The notes below the pieces were generated by a model, which was not told the DNA's origin, ran no database searches, and saw only the letters and a program-made list of their open reading frames with translations. A program made the translations under genes and the position numbers. Source: the human T2T-CHM13v2.0 reference genome, Homo sapiens. Taken from it: DNA of 64,000 nt. Positions 57,448-64,000 of this stretch are shown in pieces. Position 1 is the stretch's first letter; each line of letters opens with the position of its first letter. The stretch lies in assembly GCF_009914755.1 (NCBI RefSeq), contig NC_060929.1, one strand, 5' to 3'.

Positions 57448-57726
57448 GGCCTGGGCACTGTGGATCACACGAGAGGATCGCTTGAGTCTAGGAGTTCGAG
57501 ACCAGCTTGAACAACATAGCAAGATCCCATCTCTACAAAAAAATGTAAAAATTAGTCCAGCATGGTTGTGCATGCCTGTAGTCCTAGCTACTTAGGAGGC
57601 TGTGGTGGGAGGATCGCTTGAGCCCAGAAGGTCAAGGCTGCAGTAAGCTATGATAAACCACTGCACTCTAGTCTGGGGAACAAAGCAAGATCCTGTCTCT
57701 TAAAAAGTTAAGTAAAATAAAAATAA
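57448..57726 (+). mobile_element. AluJ with a left-arm deletion
   Basis: Alu dimer lacking ~30 nt after the A box. Confidence 0.85.
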
Positions 57727-57879
57727 CTTTATTCTTGGCTTTTTCAGTTCTGATATATGAAATTATACAACTATTATTAATCCACAGCCTCTCAGCTTGC
57801 TGTCCTTTGAGTAGACGTTCATTTCCTTGCTTGAATAACCTGTAATAATAATTCTATCTGAAGCAGTTGCCTGGCAAGA

Positions 57880-58780
57880 GATGTCCATTCTCCTCAAGAT
57901 CTGCTCCCACTACTTGTTGCCACAAGACCCACCCTGGCGTTAGATTTCAGATTGTATCGGGAAGACAAATTGAAAGCTTGACACAAGAAGAAACAGCTCA
58001 CTCTCCAAAGTAATTGCAAAATTTTACTGTTTTATGTTGGCAGAAACCCAGTGAATATGTATGTGAATGAGTTCTAAGAGCATTTGACAAGAACAAAATG
58101 TAACACTGGGTAAGGCTAACTATATTGATATTGGTGTACTGACCATTGATTCTGGATTTAATAAATTAGCTCATACTACTACAAGTTGCTTTAACAGTTC
58201 ACTGGATTTGTTGACTAAAATTTCAACTCAAGTCTGGCCTACATTTAATGAGGTTGAGATGCTGGAACTTCCCTGAGATAATGTAAGTGAAAGCATTCAA
58301 AGGATTGGAGAAATTTGTTGAAGTAAATTATCATGTGCAAAATTAATCCCTGCCTTTTCCCTCTTCATCCACTGAGAGGACCCAGAGGATATGCAATTTA
58401 ATAAGGCACTGAGAAGTAGATTAGTGAAGGGAGCACAAGCATCACAGAAAAGGAGGTGTTATCCTTTGTAGGTCAGTTAGAAAGATAGAAGATGGTACTG
58501 TTGAGATTGGTTTCTTGATTCAATGAGGATAATGGATCCCAGAGTAGCACAGGTCACGTGGCAGCACTTAATAGTCACACACAGGTGTTCACTATCTGTG
58601 CATCAGGGAGGAAGTGGTATCAAAATGTTCTGACCTACAAGAACCTTTGATGATGGTTAGTTGATCCCAGTAGGTAGGAACAAAATAACCTATGAACATA
58701 GTCCTTATTCCATGTAACATGAAAAACTTCAGGTCTGGTGACTGGAGACCTGATCTGAGAGGGAAGTAAAGCACTAGGAA
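57880..58780 (+). mobile_element. Degraded ERVL/MaLR internal (gag-like) fragment
   Basis: Phrases typical of MaLR-int (gaggttgagatgctggaacttcc, gtggcagcacttaat). Confidence 0.5.
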
Positions 58781-58795
58781 CAGACAGAGGATAAA

Positions 58796-59420
58796 CTATG
58801 AACGGCAGAATTCTGAGATGATCCCAATGTTTCTGCCCTCTAACATACATGATTTGTATAAAGCTTTAAGTGCAAGAAGAATCTGTGAATATTATGGGAT
58901 ACTCCATGACAATGTGATCATAATATGTCACAATTAATTTTTCCAATGTAATTAAGATTCCTAAGCAGTTGACTTTGAGTTCATCAAGATGGAAATCACC
59001 TTGCATGAATCTGAGTAGATCAGACAAGACCTTTTTGAAAGAAGGTCCAACAGAGCTGGAAGAAAGCAGAGAGATCTTAAGCTGCAGCAAACACCCCTGC
59101 TAGTCTTAAAGAAGCAAAGTCCATGTTATATAAAGAGCCACATGGCAGGGAATGGCAGGCAGGCCTTAGAAGCTGAGAATGGCCTCAGTTGACAGCCAGA
59201 AGGAAAGCCAGAACCCCATTCCTACAACCCCAAGGGATTGAATTCTTCCACATTGAACGAGCTTGGAATAGTACTATACACTACAGATAAGAGTACGACC
59301 ATGGTTAATTGTTTGATTTTAGACTTGTGAGACCCCAAAGGGAGAATGCAGTTGAGCCTAATGCAGACTTCTGACCTATAGAATGTGAGATGATAAATAA
59401 GCTTCAAAGCTTAGTGGCAG
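58796..59420 (+). mobile_element. MLT1-type LTR
   Basis: ggcagaattctgagatg...gacttctgacctatagaatgtgagatgataaat. Confidence 0.7.
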
Positions 59421-59606
59421 CTCAGCTTTGGGTCTATTAAAAAAAAATCAGTTATTATAGAAAATATTACTTAGAAAGTGAGAGCCTCTCATAATTCAAT
59501 TCAATCACAGACAAATGCCGATAACAGTTGTGTATACATAAATTAGATACATACCATTTTTAAATTTAGAAATGGGAGCATACTATATTATACTGTTCTG
59601 AAACTT

Positions 59607-60210
59607 AGCCAGGCATGATAGCACATGCCTATAGTCCTAGCTACTCGGGAGGCAGGGGCAAGAGGATCACTTGAACCTGGGAGTTCAAGACCAGCTTGGG
59701 CAACATAGCGCAACCCATCTCTACTAAAAATAATTTTTACAAAATAGCCAGGTGCAGTGGTGTACACCTGTAATCCCAGCTACTCAGGAGGCTGAGATGG
59801 GAGGATTTCTTGAGCCCAGGAGTTAAAAGTTACAGTGAGATCTGATTGTGCCACTGTACTCCAGCCTGGGCAACAGAGTGAGACCTTGTCCCAACCCCGC
59901 AAAAAAAAAAAGAGTTGGCCAGACGCGGTGGCTCACACCTGTAATCCCAGCACTTTGGGAGGCCGAAGCAGGCAGATCACCTGAAGTCAGGAGTTCGAGA
60001 CCAGCCTGGCCAACATGGTGAAACCCTGTCTCTATTAAAAATACAAAAATTAGCTGGGTGCGGTGGTGGACACCTGTAGTCCCAGCTACTCAAGAGGCTG
60101 AGGCACAGAATTTCTTGAACTGGGGAGATGGAGGCTGCAGTGAGCCGAGATTGTGCCACTGCACTCCAGCCTGGGCAACAGAGTGAGACTCTGACTCAAA
60201 AAAAAAAAAA
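59607..60210 (+). mobile_element. Tandem Alus (old J/FLAM-type 59607-59911; AluS 59917-60210)
   Basis: Two dimers; aaaaaaagagt follows both tails (TSD-like). Confidence 0.9.
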
Positions 60211-60759
60211 GAGTATACCACATTAGAAAAGCAAATGAAGCCCTTTCATGAGCTTTGTCTATGAAAGGGAGGAAGGAGGGTAGTGTAGGAAAGAAATGTA
60301 GGGTTAAGGAAGGATATTATATCCACATACGTAAATTTTAGAATGGTATCATGCTATATATATGTTTTATATGTTTGCATATGTATATCTATATAAAAAA
60401 TTGTCTTCCTCTCACCACCCCCCAATATGCCCAGTTCCCCACAAAAATGAATTATAACAGCTAATGATTTATGTATCTTTCCAAAGTTTCTTCATGCATA
60501 TACAAGGTAATATGTATTATATATCTCCCTATTTTACACAATATATACTATATAAATTTTCTGGATTTTTTTCAAATAATATATCTTGGAGCTTTTTTTA
60601 TACCAGCCCATAGAGGACTTGCCCACCTTTTAAAGTTGCACAGTATTCCACTGCATGGATGGACCACATCTATTTAACTAGTCACCTATTGATGACCACC
60701 TTTTGCTATTGTGAATGACACTGTGATGTATCATTTTGCCCACATGAAAGCAAGGCCAC

Positions 60760-61190
60760 TGCTAGTCCCTCAGTGCTGTGTTGAGTAATCCTTCACTCCA
60801 CTTCCTGCCCTGCAGACACTGAAACAAGGACTTAAGTACAGTTAGTTTATTGAGAGGTGATTCCAGGAAACAGGAGTGAAGGAGTAGGGACAGTGAGAAA
60901 GCAAGGAAGGAGAAGCCAAGAAGAAGGTGGGTTTTAGAAGTTGTCTGGAACCCCCAAGAACTATATACAACACCCCAAAATTGTTCAGCGAAGGACAAAA
61001 GACTGAAGCATTTATCCAGGTTGCTCCTAGATGCATTAGTTCTCCCACACTTCCACACTGAATTTCACCCTAGGGAAAGCTCAAGAAAGACTACTGTCAG
61101 CTGATGTGAGCCTGAGCAACCGTGAAACTGTCCACCGCAATGTGGCTGAGATCCAAGGTGGGCTGAAATATGTGATAGGGTGACCAGTCT
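60760..61190. mobile_element. Old MLT1 LTR fragment
   Basis: tagtttattgagaggtgattccaggaaac. Confidence 0.55.
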
Positions 61191-62036
61191 TTGTGAAAAT
61201 TGGAGAAAGGTGCCCGATCTGAGCAGAAGTAATCTTGTATTCTCACAGTTTGGTGGGTAGATAGCATCTTTGTGTGAATTTTAGAAAGGTTACTTTCTCT
61301 AAGCTCTTTACATCCCTGCCTCAGGGACAGGATATGCAGCTAGAAAAGAGAGCCCAGACTGGATTTCAGCTCCTTGGCCAAAGGCACTCAAGCGATGAGC
61401 ACAACCATACTGTGTGCCCCTGGATGCACATGCATCAGAGGACACATTTCTAAAATGATCATGATTCTTTCCTCTACTCAGGACTTCCTCACATGTTTGC
61501 ACTGATCAGGACTCAGTTAAACTTGGGAATCCGCTGCAAATCTCTAGGCTGTCTCTCTCTCTACTTCCTTCTCTCTGGTACCTGGCCTGCAAATTCTACC
61601 TACTTTTGCCTCCACAAATTCCAACATTCCTCAACTCAAGGAGACCACTGGGCTCTGTCTGGGTTTCTCCTTCCTGTGTCAAGCACGTACTCTGTTTTCA
61701 TGCAGTGAGCTGGGACACTCAAAGGATTTACCTTTCTTGTTTCCTGTGTCTTCCAGATCACTGTTCTTTGCTGCCTGATGGTCAGTGCCTTGAAAATTAT
61801 TGTTTTATATATTTGATTCAGATTTATAGCTAAGATGTGAAGGTAAATAGAGTACCAGATATTCCTTCTTGACCTGAAGTAGAAATCTTTACATGTGCAT
61901 TTTTTTTATTTTAATAAGTACTCCCCAGAAAACTTTGCACACAGGCTATACCAATTTTCACTTCAGTTAGCAATGTGTAAGTGCTCACGTCTTCACATGC
62001 CAGGCACAAGGCAAAATGTCATCAAAATTTGTTCAT

Positions 62037-64000
62037 ACCCTGGGCCAGAAGGGAACCCTCTGCCTTGAAGGGAAGGACCCAGTTCTGCAGGATTCATCAC
62101 CTGCTGATTAAAGTGGGCCTTGAATAAACATCAGCGGTAACCAGGCAGTACCTGCCTCCGGCCTTGGGTAAGACTGTGCCATGCCGACTTCAGGTGTGAC
62201 CCATCACCTCTCCAGCTGTGGTGGCCACCGGGAGAAACTCCTTCTGCTTGAGGAAAGGGGAGGGAAGAGTAAAGGGGGCTTTGTTTTGCTGCTTGGGTAC
62301 CAGCTTGGTCACAGTGAGGTGGAGAACCAAGCAGGTTCCTGGGGTTCTCGATTTCTGGATGGCATTTCCACACCCACCCTATGCCAGAGGGTAGTCCACA
62401 GCCCTGAAGGGAGAGACCCAGGCCTGGTAGCATTTACCACAAGCTGATTGAAGAGCTCTTGAGCCTTTTGTGCAGCCAGGCAGTGCTTGCCACAGCTTGG
62501 CATGGTGGTGGCCATGAAGAGAGACTCCTCTGCTTGAAGAAAGGAGAGGGAAGAGTGGGAAGGACTTTCTCCTGTGGCTTTGGTGCCAGCTCAGCTGCAG
62601 GAGAATAGATAGAGCAGCAAGGAGATTCCTAAGGATCCTGACTGCAGGCCCTGGCCCCTGGACAGCATTTCTGGACCCACCCCGGGCCAAGGGAGTGCTC
62701 ACCACCCTGAAGGGAAGGACATAAGCCTGGCCGGATTTGCCACCTGATGAATGAACTTTGAGTGAACATTGGCAGTAGCTAGGCAGTGTTTATTGCGGAC
62801 CTTGGGCAAGACCCAGTGCTGTGCTGACACTGGGTCTGACCAAGCACAGTCCCAGTGGTGGTGGCCACAGGAGTGCTTGTGTCACCCCTCCCCCAGCTAC
62901 GGGCAACTCAGCATGGAGCGAGGGATCCATTTGTTTGGGGGAAAGTAAAGGATAAGAATAAGAGTCTCTGACTACTAATCCAGGGAATTCTTTTGAATCT
63001 TACCTAAGACCAGCAAGGTGGTACTTCTATGAGTCTGCAAGAACCACAGTGTTACTAGGTTTGGGGTGCCCCCTAATGCAGATATTGCTGCAGTGACCAG
63101 ACAATTAGATCACAATACTTAATTTCCTTTGAACACTTGGAAAGCCTTCCCAAGAAAGACAGGTACAAACAAACCCAGACTGCAAAGACTACAATAAATA
63201 CCAAAGTCTTCAATGCCCAGATATTGAAAAACATCCACAGAATCAAGACCATCCAGGAAAACATGGTCTCACCAAACCAACTAAATTAGGCACCCATGAC
63301 CAATCCTGGAGAGACAGAGACATGTGACCTTTCAGGCAGAATTTAATATAGCTGTTTTGAGAAAGCTCAGTGACATTCAAGATAGCATAGAGAAGGAATT
63401 CAGAATCATATTATATAAATTTAACAAAGAGATTGAAATAATTTAAAAATTCAAGCAGAAATTCTGGAGCTGAAAAGGTCAGTTGTAATGCTGAAGAATG
63501 CATCGGTCTCTCAACAGCAGAACTGATCAAGCAGAAGAAAGAATTAGCAAGCTTAGAGACAGACTATTTGAAAATACACAGTCAGAGGAGACAAAAAAAA
63601 AATTATAAAAATTTGAAGCACACATACAAGATCTAGAAAACAGCCTCCAAAGGGCAAATCTACGACTCACTGGCCTTAAAGAGGAGACAGATCAGGGTAA
63701 AAAGTTTATTCAAAGGGTTAATAACAGAGAGCTTAATTACTTACAAACCTACAAAAATATATCAATATTCAAGTATAAGAAGGTTATAGAACACAAAGCA
63801 GATTTAAACCAAATAAGACTAACTCAAGACACATAATAATCAAATTCTCAAAGTCCAAGGGTAAAGAAAGGATCCCAAAAGCAGGAAGACAAAAGAAACA
63901 ACATGCAAAGGAGCTCCAATACACGTGGCTGCAAACTTCTTAGTTGAAACCTTACAGGCCAGGAGAGAGTGGTATGACATATTTAAAGTGCTGAAGGAAA
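62037..64000 (+). mobile_element. L1M/L1MA 5'UTR with repeated monomers and degraded ORF1, runs off the window
   Basis: Repeated unit ctgcttga(g/a)gaaagg..agggaagagt at ~62245 and ~62530; ORF1 remnants (gaaattctggagctgaa, gatcaagcagaagaaagaat, caggccaggagagagtgg). Confidence 0.85.

Overview
Primate (almost certainly human) genomic DNA, mostly interspersed repeats. The only protein-coding content is the 5' end of ANKRD31 on the minus strand: a CpG-island promoter at about 15.7-16.0 kb and coding exons 1-3 (15450-15553, 9419-9492, 1108-1217), which splice in frame to MEEGVQAPDWDSDETV...LSEDTILQ. Intron 2 holds a SUMO2 processed pseudogene broken by an internally deleted L1 and a MER1B transposon. 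The remaining ~48 kb is upstream/intergenic; from recall of human 5q13.3 it runs toward HMGCR, which is not in the window. It contains a full-length L1PA3/4-type element nested antisense inside an older full-length L1PA, a full-length SVA with TSDs, ERV1/MaLR LTRs, Tigger DNA transposons and about 35 Alus. I found no convincing new multi-gene system. The findings are small-scale: a start-stop uORF, template-switch palindromes, nested and inverted L1 architecture, an unusual SVA head, AT-rich cruciform candidates and a candidate liver enhancer. Repeat subfamily names are by eye, and boundaries are approximate unless TSDs are quoted.
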